From contig NC_068984.1 of the NCBI RefSeq assembly GCF_001194135.2, positions 59,186,679 through 59,250,678 of the forward strand: 64,000 nucleotides of DNA, written 5' to 3'. Both the position numbers and the translations under genes were made by a program. A model generated the notes under the pieces. That model was given only the letters and a program-made list of their open reading frames with translations. It was not told the origin of the DNA and ran no database searches. Each line of letters starts with the position of its first letter. The stretch's first letter is position 1. Source of the stretch: Octopus bimaculoides (Eukaryota). Below are positions 28,121 to 41,283 of the stretch, in pieces.

Positions 28121-28535
28121 GGCGTGGGAGTGGCTGTGTGGTAAGTAGCTAGCTTACCAACCACATGGTCCCGGGTTCAGTCCCACTGCGCGGCATCTTG
28201 GGCAAGTGTCTTCTACTATAGCCTCGGGCCGACCAAAGCCTTGTGAGTGGATTTGGTAGATGGAAACTGAAAGAAGCCTGTCGTATATATTTGTATATAT
28301 ATATATATGTATGTGTGTGTGTATGTTTGTATGTGTGTGTTTGTCCCCCCAACATCGCTTGACAACCAATGCTGGTGTGTTTATGTCCCCGTAACTTAGC
28401 GGTTCGGCAAAAGAGATCGATAGAATAAGTACTAGGCTTCTAAAGAATAAGTCCTGGGGTCGATTTGCTTGACTAAAAAGGCGGTGCTCCAGCATGACCA
28501 CAGTGAAAAGACTGAAACAAGTAAAAGAGTAAAAG
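28121..28535 (+). mobile_element. Full-length tRNA-derived SINE family C
   Basis: tRNA-like head (gtggctgtgtggtaag...ccgggttcagtcc), central (TA/TG)n spacer and 3' ...gactgaaacaagtaaaagag tail. Partial copies at 5420-5625 (+) and at 1966-2340, 15040-15365, 23675-23850 and 54125-54270 (-). Confidence 0.85.
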
Positions 28536-28604
28536 AGTATATGTGTATGTTTGTGTGTGTGTGTGTGCATGCGCATACACAGATGCACACACATGTTCTT
28601 ATAT

Positions 28605-29645
28605 TGTTACGACCTGGTGGCCATAACCCGAATTTACAGAATCAACAAGGATGGGGTGAACCCAAAACAACACACCATGAAATTTTTCTAAAATATTATT
28701 AACAATAGTCAGCATAAAAACAGTTTACATACAAACGAATATATATACAAACAAAAAGCAAATGCTACACCAGATGTGCAGTCAAAATATTTACAAAGAT
28801 AACATATATATACAGTTCAGAATTCGGACTCCTAATCCCAGTTTTTGGTTTCACTAAAATTGGCCTCACACAAAGCCTGGCCTCACAAATTTTATTTTTT
28901 AAATATATGCCTTGGACCTAAACATAATTAAACCTAATGTCAAAGCAACCATTTAAACTAAAAGTTCATGACACAAAACGGCTGCCAGACTACATCAATA
29001 AGTATTGTTAAAAAATTAAATAGTCAAACAAAAAGCTAGTTTGCTTTAAATTCACACAAAACAGCTTCATACAAGCATGCCGTGTAACCATTAGACAAAA
29101 TTTACAGTTAGTTGTCTAATACAAAAATTAGCTACATGAAAATTTTAAATTCATACACCCTTTAGCTATTTATACAAATTTTAACATTTATCTTAACAGA
29201 AAATTGCTAGCAAAATTACTACACAACCTTCCACAAATGCAGGGTTCAAAATTCACATAAATATAACATAACATAACTTAAGAGATTTTTTTGTACTCAC
29301 CCAGATGTGACACAGAAATTATTTTAAATCTGACAAAAGTTCTGGCGAATTCCTGGAGCATAAAATAAATCCATAAAAGCCTAACAGAAAGCACAAAGTG
29401 TGTAAACTAAACAGGCAATCATAGCTTCCAGAATCCAATTGAACAACTTTGTCTCACAGAAAAAACTGTCACAAAAACTGGGGGGGTAAAATTATCTCTG
29501 CTTATAAAGGTTTGCCAGGGTCTAGCCAATTTGTTATAGTTTCACAGTTTTGGCTAATAACACCTAGCCTCCCCCATTTTGACAATGGACTTTATCCTTA
29601 CCTTACAGTGCAGCATGAAAAACTATTTACCTGTTTAACTTAACA
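28605..29645. mobile_element. Possible solo LTR (about 1.04 kb)
   Basis: Starts TGTTA and ends TAACA. TTATA flanks both sides, offset by one base on the left (28599-28603 and 29646-29650). Strong strand-composition asymmetry and no ORF. Confidence 0.4.
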
Positions 29646-29830
29646 TTATAATTTATAATTTCCATGGTTGAAATCTACATTTGAAGTAAGAGTGATATTT
29701 TGTTGTTGGAGGTTTCCCCTTGTGGGTGTACCATGTTTGTTTCCTGTTTAAAATTGCTGTTTGCTCCCATGAGTATTTGCTGAATTGTTTTTTCTTCCCA
29801 TTTATGGGAGAACCAACGGGAAGAAGTACA

Positions 29831-31187
29831 ATGGAAAGTGAACTAGCCAAGAGCCACAGTTATGCGACTGCAACTGGCAAAGGTATCGAAGTCCAAGATT
29901 TGGAAGTACGAGAAATAAAAATTGAGCCAGAAATGTTAAAGGAATGCAGCAACCTTTTAGAAAAAGAAGGCCACAGTCTGAAGTTGATGCCTCTATTCAA
30001 ATTAACATATAGTGTAAAGAGGAAAACAATAATTTATAAAACACTGAAAATATCATCCAAGAAAATTGAAGTAGCACCAATAGAAGAAATTGAGAAAAGT
30101 TTAAGAGATTAAAAAGAAGATGACATTCATAACAAGAGGAAGAAAATTTGACACAGTGGAGGTGCATTTTGATTGCGATGTTGAAGTGATAATGCACTCC
30201 ACTGATGCCATAAAATCAGAAGAGTGGGTTTTCCTACCAACTTACTGTGGCAGAAGAGTTGTGTAAGTAAGGGTGGGAAAGGTACCACCAGAATTAGACG
30301 AAACATCGGTTGCAGTGATAATACACAACATGGTAGAGGATTCCATGATCCTAAGCATGACAAGGACGAGAAAAGTGGACTGGTGGGGTTACAGGATTGA
30401 GATATCACTTCAGACAACTGATAGTGATATGATCAAGATCCCAGAAGAAGTCATTCTACCTGCAGATGTGAGATTGAGGGTAGTGGTGGAAGGCAGGCCT
30501 CCCAGATGTTATTTGTGTAGCGAGAAAGGCCACATGAAGGCGAGGTGCCCCCAGAGAGAAGAAATGGAACAGCCAAAGGAGCAGGAGAAAGTGAATGATG
30601 AGGTGCAGGAGGAGGAGAAAGAGGTAGATGAGTGATTCGAAGTGGTTTAAAAAAGAAAAAGGAAGGGCTCTCTGCCAAAGGGACAGAAAAAGAAAAAAGA
30701 AACAAAGGAGACAGAGAAAGCAGTCATAAAGGAGGTTGAAAAAGAGATTGAGAGAGAGATAGAAAAGGAGGTTGAGAAAGAAGTTATGGAGGAGGAAAAG
30801 ATAGAAGCAAGCAGACTGGAGAGTTGTTTAACCCATGAAGTGGAACAGCAGCAAGAGGAAGAAGTGACAACGACCGAAATGGATAAAGTGATGCCAAGAG
30901 CAGAACACAGTAAACGTAAGCGGAGAAAATACAATTGGTATTTTGTAACATATGACAAAAATGTGTGCACAGAAAAAATGATTTCTAAAATGAAATTGGT
31001 TATAAGGGTAAAGTTGCCAAAGGACAGTTATGGTGAGAATGTGAAGGTGATTTTAATAGTCAAGGAAAGATACAGCAGGTGGAAGGGAAAATGTAGATTC
31101 GAACCACCAACATATGAGGTAGAATTCGGTGTACTACCATCAGTAGTTGATCTAAATGAATTAAGGCCTTATATAAAAAGGCTTTAA
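29831..31187 (+). pseudogene. Disrupted LINE ORF1/gag-like gene (L1/Tx1 type): RRM-like region, CCHC zinc knuckle, E/K-rich tract and C-terminal domain; no ORF2 follows
   Basis: After one frameshift at about 30110, a single frame runs 30120-31187 with stops at 30264, 30633 and 30648. CYLCSEKGHMKARC (CX2CX4HX4C) at 30507-30548 is preceded by IPEEVILP..RLRVVVEGRPPR. It is followed by A runs and AATAAA at 31219. Confidence 0.75.
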
Positions 31188-31736
31188 AAAAAAAAGTGAA
31201 TTGTGTTTTAAAAAAAAGAATAAAGCAAAAGATGCTAAGAGGATATAAACACTGGTTATAAACGGACAGTAAGAACATTTAAATAGTACTGCATGTGAGT
31301 GGGGTGCATGCAGCCATTTCATCACCATTGATTTCATTGTACATATTACCATTTTTCATTCGTTTTATGTTTTTGTCCCCACTGTGTATTCATTTATTTA
31401 TTTATTTATTTATTTAAATATTCTGTATCGGACTTTATGATCCTAATTCTACTTCCTCTTTAATATGGTAGGTTGTGATTTGAAGGTAATTTGGCTATTT
31501 TTATTTCTGACTGATAGAGTGATTGATGGGAGGACTTCCTGAGTTGGCTTGATGGTAAAGCTGTTTTGCACTTATGAAACATTTATTTTTCTTTTAATAG
31601 CTTAATCAAAGGAGAATGAGCATTGGCCATGACTCCCCATAAACCTTTCCAGGGTTTCTGAGATAGATAGGAATAAAGAGTTATCCTCTGACCAGAGAGC
31701 CAACCCAAATATAAACAAGAGAAGAATCTGTTAAAG

Positions 31737-32066
31737 CAGTGGTTCTCAACCAGGGTCCATATAAGATTTTTAGAGATCCACACAACAAAATAGTAAATTA
31801 GGGATCCACAATAGTATTTTAAGAGCCTTTGAAAAAATTTTGCTTTAAATGTATGTATGTATTGGTGTGTAATGCAAAAAACAGCTAAGTTTCTTTCTTT
31901 AAATAGTTCAACCTACACAAGCTAATAATATGCACAAAAGAAAAATAGGAATTTTAAAAGAAGTATCTAGAAAACTAGTTTTTAAACACCAAATCGTTAT
32001 AGTGGTCCACCAGAATAAAATATTATTCAAAGGGGTTCATAGATAAAAAATAGTTGAGAACCCCTG
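31737..32066. mobile_element. hAT (Buster/Charlie-like) MITE
   Basis: cagtggttctcaac ... gttgagaacccctg. TSD tgttaaag/tcttaaag. A related copy lies at about 21200-21450. Confidence 0.85.
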
Positions 32067-32136
32067 TCTTAAAGGCACCCAAGAGCTAGAAGTGGTGGGT
32101 GTTAAACTGGGCAATGGATTAACATATAGCATATTT

Positions 32137-32355
32137 TAAGGTGGTGAGCTGGCAGAATCATTAACACACCAGACAAAATGCATAGTGGCATTTTGTCTAT
32201 CATTACATTCTGAGTTCAAATTCTGTTGAGGTTGATTTTGCCTTTCATCCTTTTAGATTGATAAAATAAGTATCAGTTGAGCACTGGAATCAATGTAATC
32301 AACTTACCTTCTACCCACAAAATTGCTGGCCTTGTACCAAAATTTGAAACCAATA
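32137..32355 (+). mobile_element. SINE family A copy just upstream of the RGS last exon
   Basis: taaggtggtgagctggcagaatc...ctgagttcaaattc...ggccttgtacc. Confidence 0.8.
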
Positions 32356-32464
32356 ATGTGGTAACCAGCTTTGAAATATGGATGAAAATTGCTTCTTACT
32401 TGTTGTTCTTGTTGTTGTTGTTGCTGTTGCTGATTTTAGTTTAAAATATTTTATTTCTTTGCAG

Positions 32465-32638
32465 GTTAGTCTAGATTCCAGAGTAAGAGAGGTTATAAAC
32501 CAAAATATGTTGGATCCATCTCCACATACATTCGATGAAGCACAACTGCAGATATATACTCTGATGCACCAAGATCCTTATCCACGCTTTCTTAATTCTC
32601 AGCTCTACAAAAAACTCATCGAGGAGGCCTCCTCGTGA
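32465..32638 (+). CDS. RGS20: RZ-family RGS last coding exon (VSLDSRVREVINQNMLDPSPHTFDEAQLQIYTLMHQDPYPRFLNSQLYKKLIEEASS*)
   Basis: Acceptor ttgcag at 32463-64, stop TGA at 32636-38. KEVSLDS has Ser at the RGS4-Asn128 position, the RZ-subfamily signature. The spliced frame from ATG 20854 is 477 nt (158 aa plus stop). Confidence 0.97.
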   Translation, partial: VSLDSRVREVINQNMLDPSPHTFDEAQLQIYTLMHQDPYPRFLNSQLYKKLIEEASS

Positions 32639-34069
32639 GAGAAGACCTGAACTAAAAACAAAGCTCTGTTCTAGTTTTTCCCCCCATTTGCTACAAGGAA
32701 ACTTGCTGCAGCCAATCAGAAGCTTCACTGACGGTCGCTGAGACAGAAAGTGATGGCACTCATAACTATTTCTACCTGTTGAGACCATTATCTGGCTATG
32801 ACAAAGATGACAACTGTTGACCTGTACTGTGCTGGTAATGAAGATCTTTGGCCTCCAGCTCACACTGCTAGCCATTTTGTATATGTGGGTGTGAATATAA
32901 GTGTGTATGTGTGTGTGTGTATGTGTGAGAGTGTGAGTATGTGTGTATGTGTGTGCATGTGTGCTTGTGTGTGTGTACCACCAGCACGTGTCTATATGGC
33001 AGATTATGGCAGATACAGTCATTGTTGTCATTGCTGTCGTTGTTGTTGTTGTTGTGATTTATTGTTGTTGTTGTTAGTGTGCAAGGAGGACTTAACAGTG
33101 CAGTAATTGGACTGCACATCTGAACTTCATTCTTTTGTCATCTCTTGTATATTTTACCTCAGTGCTTTTTTGGAAGCATGTTCAGGAATTTTTCAGAAAG
33201 AAAAATATTGACAGAGATACAAAATTCAATGCATTTGTGAGTAATACAGCCATAAGTGCACACATACACAGATATGCATTTTAATATTTACATACGTGCA
33301 AATTTTCACACACTAGTCACTCAATTTTTGGAAGGCAAGGAGTAGTGAAAATGTATTTATTATTCTCCGATAATAATGTGTTTTGATTTCTTCTTTTTTT
33401 TTTCTAAATTAATTTAATGATATTTTTAAAACATTTTTAAGTAAAATTAGGCTTCCTAATTATAAACACACATATTCACACACACAATTTATCACTTCCA
33501 CATTTACATACATATAATTATACACACCAATGTACATGCATATACATATACTTGTTACAAAAGGGTTAAAATATTGAACATTATTACTAAGAATTTGAAG
33601 AAAATTCCAAAGTGGGGAGGGTATTATTTTTTTTCTTTTCAATTTATTTGAATTTGTCAGTAAAGAAAAGCTCTTTCAATCTTTTCAAATGAATTCTGAA
33701 ATTAAAAAACAGTTAATGAAAAACTCATTAAATCAAGAATACTAAGTGTCCTTGCTTGTTTTGGAAAGGACTAACTTTTTGGTTTATATATATATCAGTC
33801 TTAACTAGAGGTGTTAAGGACAATGAGAGACTCATCAGAAAATGAAAGAAAATAAAAGGATTATGGCATCCCAAAATGATAGACCCATGAAATGGGGGCA
33901 GGTAGGGAGATGGTTCTTTTGAGGGTATCTCGCTAGATTATTAAGAAAATTAGAACAACTTGATAAAACAGCCACAAAAACTTGTTTTGTCATTTTTGTT
34001 TTATTTTTTTCTTTGTATATTTCTAGTTAATGTTAAAGATTATTATAAGAGCAAGGGGTAGGATAAAAA

Positions 34070-34107
<38 letters not shown>

Positions 34108-34572
34108 NNNNNNNNNNNNNNNNNNNNNNNNNNNNNNNNNNNNNNNNNNNNNNNNNNNNNNNNNNNNNNNNNNNNNNNNNNNNNNNNNNNNNNNNNNNNN
34201 NNNNNNNNNNNNNNNNNNNNNNNNNNNNNNNNNNNNNNNNNNNNNNNNNNNNNNNNNNNNNNNNNNNNNNNNNNNNNNNNNNNNNNNNNNNNNNNNNNNN
34301 NNNNNNNNNNNNNNNNNNNNNNNNNNNNNNNNNNNNNNNNNNNNNNNNNNNNNNNNNNNNNNNNNNNNNNNNNNNNNNGGAACACTAAACATCTAAAGAA
34401 AATCATGTCTTCAAAGCTTACTCAATGGTAAGAGTATTTAATTGTTATCAATTAAAATCCTGTGAAATTGGCCCAATTTTTTTGAGTTTGAACTTGTTAC
34501 TACATTATTATTTTCAATACTATTTATTATTATTATTATCATTATTATTATTATTATTAATTTATTTTATTT

Positions 34573-34616
<44 letters not shown>

Positions 34617-35122
34617 TATATATATATATATATACATACATACATATACATACATATATGTATGTGTATGTATATATATCCTTCAATATGCATGTTATAT
34701 AATATTCCATCAAATAATATATATTTATATATTGTATAATATAATAATTATATATTATATTTACATATATATATTTCTTAATATAAAATAATATAAAGTA
34801 TATTGTAATATATATAGTTTATTATATATATATATATATATAATGTATATATTATATATGTATGAATGTATATATATTTACATATATTATATTTATATAT
34901 ATGGGTGTGTATAATTATATAAGTGTATGTATATATATATTATATTAAATTATATTATAATGTATATATTATAATATATAATATTGTTAGTATTGTTATT
35001 ATCAATATTTTTAGTGTGTCCAGGTTGTTTATTAAATCTAGTATTGTATTCAATTTATTGCATTTTCATTTCTCATAGCAGGATCAATAATCTACAAAGG
35101 AGCATTTTCAAATTATTATTGT

Positions 35123-35207
<85 letters not shown>

Positions 35208-35417
35208 CTCTCTCTATCTATCTATCTATCTATCTATCTATCCATCCATCTATTTATCTATCTATCATTCTATCTATCTCTTTACTAAATCTTGAAATCT
35301 TGTACATCATCACAAAGAAGTTTGTGTTAAAAAAGAAGATACAAATAAAGCAGAATTCAGTCTTGTAAAATGACCAACAAGTTAACTATTTCCATTTTCA
35401 GTCATTAACTTAATCTG

Positions 35418-35640
35418 TTAACCCTTTAAGCATTCTGATTAGTCAGTCAAGAGTAATGCTTACTTATTCACATTGCTTCAAATTAATTATGCATTATCTT
35501 GTAGCTATGAGATTTCAATGGTTGTTATATTGAAAATGACATTGTACAGAAGGTGTGATGGATCAGATCTGGCCAGTTTGAACATACAACAGGTAGAATA
35601 TTTGGGCCAGATATGACCAGTTTAGATGCTAAAGGTTTAA
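35418..35640. mobile_element. piggyBac-like MITE, copy 4
   Basis: Same family body with slightly decayed TIRs. Confidence 0.75.
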
Positions 35641-36211
35641 ACCGATTATGTTTTAACAGATTTACATACTATATTGAAATGTAGTCTTTTAATGATTAAG
35701 AAAGCATTAACTGAGTATTAACATTAATCAGTCATATATGCTGTAGTTTCTTAATAATAAAACAAAAATCAATGACTTCAATAGCTGATATGTATACAAA
35801 GTTTGCAATATACAAATTTGAAGAGTGTCTAAAGCTAAAGTTACATAAGAGTGTTACTATATTTCAGCATTATTATAAAGCTTAAATAAGTGTAATTGTC
35901 AGAGTATTTGCAGTATAGCAGCAGAATTGCAAAAGTTATCAATCTATCTATTTATCTATCTATCTATCTATCTATCTATAGATTGACGGATGGATAGTTA
36001 GACCGATAGACAGACATGCTCACTCTACAGAATAATTTTTGCATTTCACTCTTTTTCATTCTTAATGATAGAACAAATGAATATTCTGTTTATTGGCAGT
36101 GACAGATTCAATCTTCAGCTTTTAACTAATTAATTAATAATCAGCACCACTTATATTGAGTACTCCTATTTATATACTGAAAATGAACACTTATACACAC
36201 ACACACACACA

Positions 36212-36246
<35 letters not shown>

Positions 36247-39200
36247 TGTGTGTGTATAAAATCAGTTATGCATATATTAGAACATATAGTCATCTAATTC
36301 AAAAGAAATTAATATTCATAGTGTAGAAAGAGATGATGGAAATAAAATCAAAGAGGTTGAGTGGACAAGATATTGGAGCTACTTATTCATCAATCATGAG
36401 CTCACAGTTCTGCTGTCAGGAATAGTTACCAGATCATTTGAGAATGTTGCCTGTGATAGACTGGTGTCCTATCCTGTGATATTTGAACAATTACATATAT
36501 ATGTATATGTGTAAATGGATATTCTTTTTCATGATGTATAAAATTAAGATTTTTGTAAAATATTCAAGTCAAATTTAATTTTTCTTTCAATATATAATTT
36601 ATAATTCTACTTATCGAAAAACAAATTTAAATTGCTTTCCAGTGTATATACATATACATACATACATGCATATACACACACAGATATATATTAAAATAAA
36701 TATAACTTAAGCATTCTAATTGGAAACAAATTTCACGGTGAGCTTAACACTGTAATCTACTATTTCAATTTCAACATTTTCTATATTGTATTATGCTCAA
36801 TTTCACAAGTTTTTAGCTCTTAAATATTTTCTGTGACTATCGCAAAGCATAGTGAACCAGAGAGATAGCTGAACTTGTAGAGAATCTAAACTTAAACGAC
36901 ATTACAATATTTAGTTATTTCATTGCCCTACATGCTGAGTTCAAATTTTGCCAAGGTTGACTTTGGTCTATCATCCTTCTGGCACTGTAAGGTGGGGTTT
37001 GACAAAATTAGTACATGTAATATATTCTGGGCTTGATTCAATTGATTATATCTTTCTTTAATGAGAATTGACTTCATGCCCAGTTGAAATATATGAGTTA
37101 TTCTTGTGACATGTAAAAGATGCAAAGAATTTGTAGAATTACATGGAATCATGACTTTTAGTTTGTTTAAGGTTGGTTAGTAAAACAACATAAAAGACTC
37201 ACACATAAATTATTACATACTACATATAGTTTATTTGATTAATTTAGAACAAGACTATTTTAGGAATTTCAGGAACTTTTTATTTTAAAAGTGCTTGATT
37301 TAAGAATTGAAATCTGTCTACAAAAATAATAATGATAATAAATAAATAAATAACCAAATAAATTATTTTGAACTAATTTGGTTCAGATATAAAAGTTTTC
37401 AAATGTAACTTTTGTTTTGACCTTTTTTTTAAAAAAAAAAAGCCCCACTTATAAATTTCCAATGACAGAAATATAGTGACTTCAAAATGAGCTAACCCTT
37501 TATCTATATATATTAAATTTTACCTGTAAGTGAAACAAAAATACAACACTTCAATTTCTCAAAGGTTAAGTACTTGGCATATGACACGTTGTTTCATAAG
37601 GAAAAATTTTTAAATTGTCATTTTTAGTCAACCATAGTTCATTGTGACATTTCGCCTGCCCCTGCAAAAAAAAATCATCACTTATAATTATTTGCTGAAA
37701 AAAAAAAATAATAATAATATAATTTTTCATTAATCTAAAGAATATGAGGTAAGAAGAGATTGGCAGTTCATAGTTGACTTATATTTGCTTCATTCTGGTG
37801 CCATTCTGTTGTAGTTTGCTGTTTTCAACATAACTGGGGGAGATGCCCAGCTTATTGATTGATGTGTGTGTCTGTTTTGGATGAGTTTGTATTTGTCTGT
37901 GAGTGTGTATGCATGTATGCGTGTGTGTGTATATGTATACATATCTGTGAGTGAACAAGTAAAACACCTTCAAACAGTTTTTATCAGTAATTCGATGAAA
38001 TGCACTTAAGTTGATTGATTTCTAAACATTTTGATGAATATTTCATACATGAGTTTTGTCTACATATCTGAACAGAGAATGAGAATTATTGTAACTATTA
38101 TATTCCATCTACACTGTAACATATCTAATCAACCTATTGGAAGCAAATACACATATGCACACACAAAAGACTCACATAGTTACACACAAAAACATGCAGA
38201 CATTTACTTTCATACATACATTAAATGCATCCACAGACATGCACACATAAAGTTTATTATAAAAGCTGATGTATTGAAAAAAACTTATTGATGATTTACC
38301 TGAGATTGAATAAAGAAACATGTTTTACATTCAGTTGTAACAACATTTGACGTGGGTATAACGACCATTTGGAAGAGGTTAAATATGTGAAGCCACGACA
38401 CCATATGAAACTACAACACTATGTGAAACCACATCATGTGAAGCCACTCCAGTGTTTAAAAGCTATCCTACTTTCATTGAAATTCTATTCATATTCTTGC
38501 TTGAGGTACTTTATACATATTTCACTGCTATATATTTATTATGTAATAATTTTTTCTTTGAGAATCTGGTGGCAATAATGAAATAGTAAAAATTCCAAAC
38601 ATTTCTTTTTAGTGGCTGGCCTAATCAAAGGGATGAGAGTAACACTCATCATGTTTTATGTAGCTTCTGAGACTGTGGAGACAGTGGAAGGAGATTAAGA
38701 AACCACAACATAAAAGTTGCCGCAGCAGAAAGCAGGATATGAAGCTATTGAGTTGTTCTTAAATTTGTGATGCTGTATCTAGTACACAATAACCTGCAAA
38801 ACTGAGTTGAGTTTCATATCTCACCATTGTCAACATTGCCTTTCATATATCTGGAGAGGAGAGAGGAAGATTGTTAAAATGTGAACCAATAATATACTGG
38901 GTTGTAGAATGGAAATCAGTTCAATCGCCTTTATTTCACCTCCTCTCTTTACAAAACTTGACTGTGAGTATGATGGAAAAATATCATTATTAAATGCTTT
39001 TGTTTGGCAGAGAAGAAAGAGAGAAATAAGAAATTCAAATAATATTTTGGTGCTAGGAATGTCATCCAAGTATACAAACTTGTTCCCCAGTGCCAGCACA
39101 GATAAGAACTGGACACATATAATATATAAATAAAATGTATTGCAATTACTTAGTATCCATGGTAATGTCCTAAAACTCAGCATGGCCACAGCCCAAATGT

Positions 39201-39465
39201 TTAAAACCAGTAAAAGAATGTATTTTATGAAACTCAAAAACAAATTTGTGACTACATTTTTTTTATGAGACTTTTTCAATTAATTATTGGCTCATTAAAT
39301 GAAATATTCTTTTTAATGACAACAAACTACTACAAACTCTTCTGCCAAGCAAACCATAACATTATTACAAAAGTCTGGGAATGGAAATGTGGAGTAGAGA
39401 TAGGTAAACATTTGGCTGGTTTTGTATTATTATTATTATCATCTTCATCATCATCATCATCATCA

Positions 39466-39511
<46 letters not shown>

Positions 39512-39514
<3 letters not shown>

Positions 39515-39735
39515 GGTGGTGAGCTGGCAGAATTGTTAGCATGCTGGGCAAAATGCTTAGTGGTATTTCACCCATCACTACAGTCTGAGTTCAAATTCCA
39601 CTGAGGTCGACTTTGCCTTTCATCCTTTCGGGGTCAATAAATTAAGTACCAGTGAAACACTGGGGTCGATATAATCGACTAGTCCCCACCCCACAAATTT
39701 GAGGCCTTGTACCTCCAGTAGAAAGGATTATTATT

Positions 39736-39768
<33 letters not shown>

Positions 39769-39776
39769 ATTGTTGG

Positions 39777-39809
<33 letters not shown>

Positions 39810-40675
39810 GGTGGCAAGCTGGTAGAATTGTTAGCATGCTGGGGGAAATGCTTAGTAATATTTTGCCCATTGCTATATTCTGAGTTCAATTTCCGCCAAA
39901 GTCAATTTTGCCTTTCATCCTTTCAGGATCAATAAAGTACCAGTGGTGTACTGGAGTCGATCTAATCAACTAGTCCCCTCCCCAAAATTTCAGGCCTTGT
40001 GCCTATAGCAGAAAGGATTATTATTACTATTATAATTAAGGCAGTGAGCTGGCAGAACTGTTGGTAGACTTGGCAAAATGTTTAGTGGCATTTCATTCTT
40101 TACATTTTGAGTCCAAACTCCACTGAGGTGATCTTTACTTTTCATAAAATAAGTACCAGTTGAACACTGGATCAATGTAATCAATTTGACCCTCTTCCAA
40201 AATTTCAGGCCTGTACCTATAGTAGAAAGGATTATTATTATTCAATAAAAAAAAATATTCTTTACATTCTGAGTTCAAATCTTGCCATGGTCAACTTAGT
40301 CTTTCATCCTTGCTAGGTCAATAAAATGAAATACCAATCAAATACTTATGTTGATTTCAACTCAACTCTTCCCCTAAATTTCATGCTTTGTGCTTATGTT
40401 AGAAACAATTATTATCATTATCATCATCATAATCATCATCATCATCATCATCATTATTATTAAGGCGGTGAGCTGACATAATCATTAGCACGCCATGCAA
40501 AATGCTTTGCAGCATTTCATCTGTCTTTACGTTCTGATTTCAAATTCCACTTAGGTTGACTTTGCCTTTCATCCTTTTGGGGGTTGATAAATTAAGTACC
40601 AGTAAAGTACTGGAGTCGATGTTAGTAACTATCCCCCTCCCCCAAATTTCTGGGCTTGTGCCTATAGTAGAAAGG

Positions 40676-40725
<50 letters not shown>

Positions 40726-41242
40726 GGTGGCATACTGGCAGAATCGTTAGCATGCTAGGCAAAATGCTTAGCAACATTTCATCCATCCTTACATTCTGAG
40801 TTCAAATTCTACTGAGGTCAACTTTGCCTTTCATCCTTTCAGGGTCAAATTGTGCTTATGTAAGAAATTATTATCATCATTAATGGGATAGCTGTCAGAA
40901 TTGGTTGACTTTAGTTTTCATATTCATAGAATAATAAAAGTTATATACTGGTATCAGTTTTATCAACTATACTCTTTCCTATCAAAATATTTAGCTTTGT
41001 GCATATATTAGAAATTATTATTATGATTATCATTAAGGCAGTGGACTGGCTGAATCGTTAGCACACCAAGCAAAATGCTTAGTGACATTTCGTCCATCTT
41101 TACAATCCGAGTTCAAATTCCACCGAGGTCAACTTTCATCCTTTTGGGATCGATGAAATAAGTACCAGTTGAGCACTGGGTTTGATGTAATCGACTATCA
41201 CCCTCCCCCAAAATTTCAGGCCTTGTGCCTATAGTAGAAAGA

Positions 41243-41283
<41 letters not shown>

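Noticed and set aside
28121-28200. tRNA gene (also the heads of family A SINEs)
   Set aside because: A/B-box-like motifs only, with no complete cloverleaf, continuing into SINE bodies.
32798-33106. Cys-rich ORF (CCHCCRCCCCCD) right after the RGS stop, tempting as the missing Cys string
   Set aside because: It derives from a (TGT/GTT)n microsatellite in the 3' UTR, lies downstream of the stop and lacks the CFCW pattern.
38825-38850. Minus-strand 26-nt micro-exon candidate (YMKGNVDN) with good splice signals
   Set aside because: No flanking exons could be linked to it, and it is too short to distinguish from chance.
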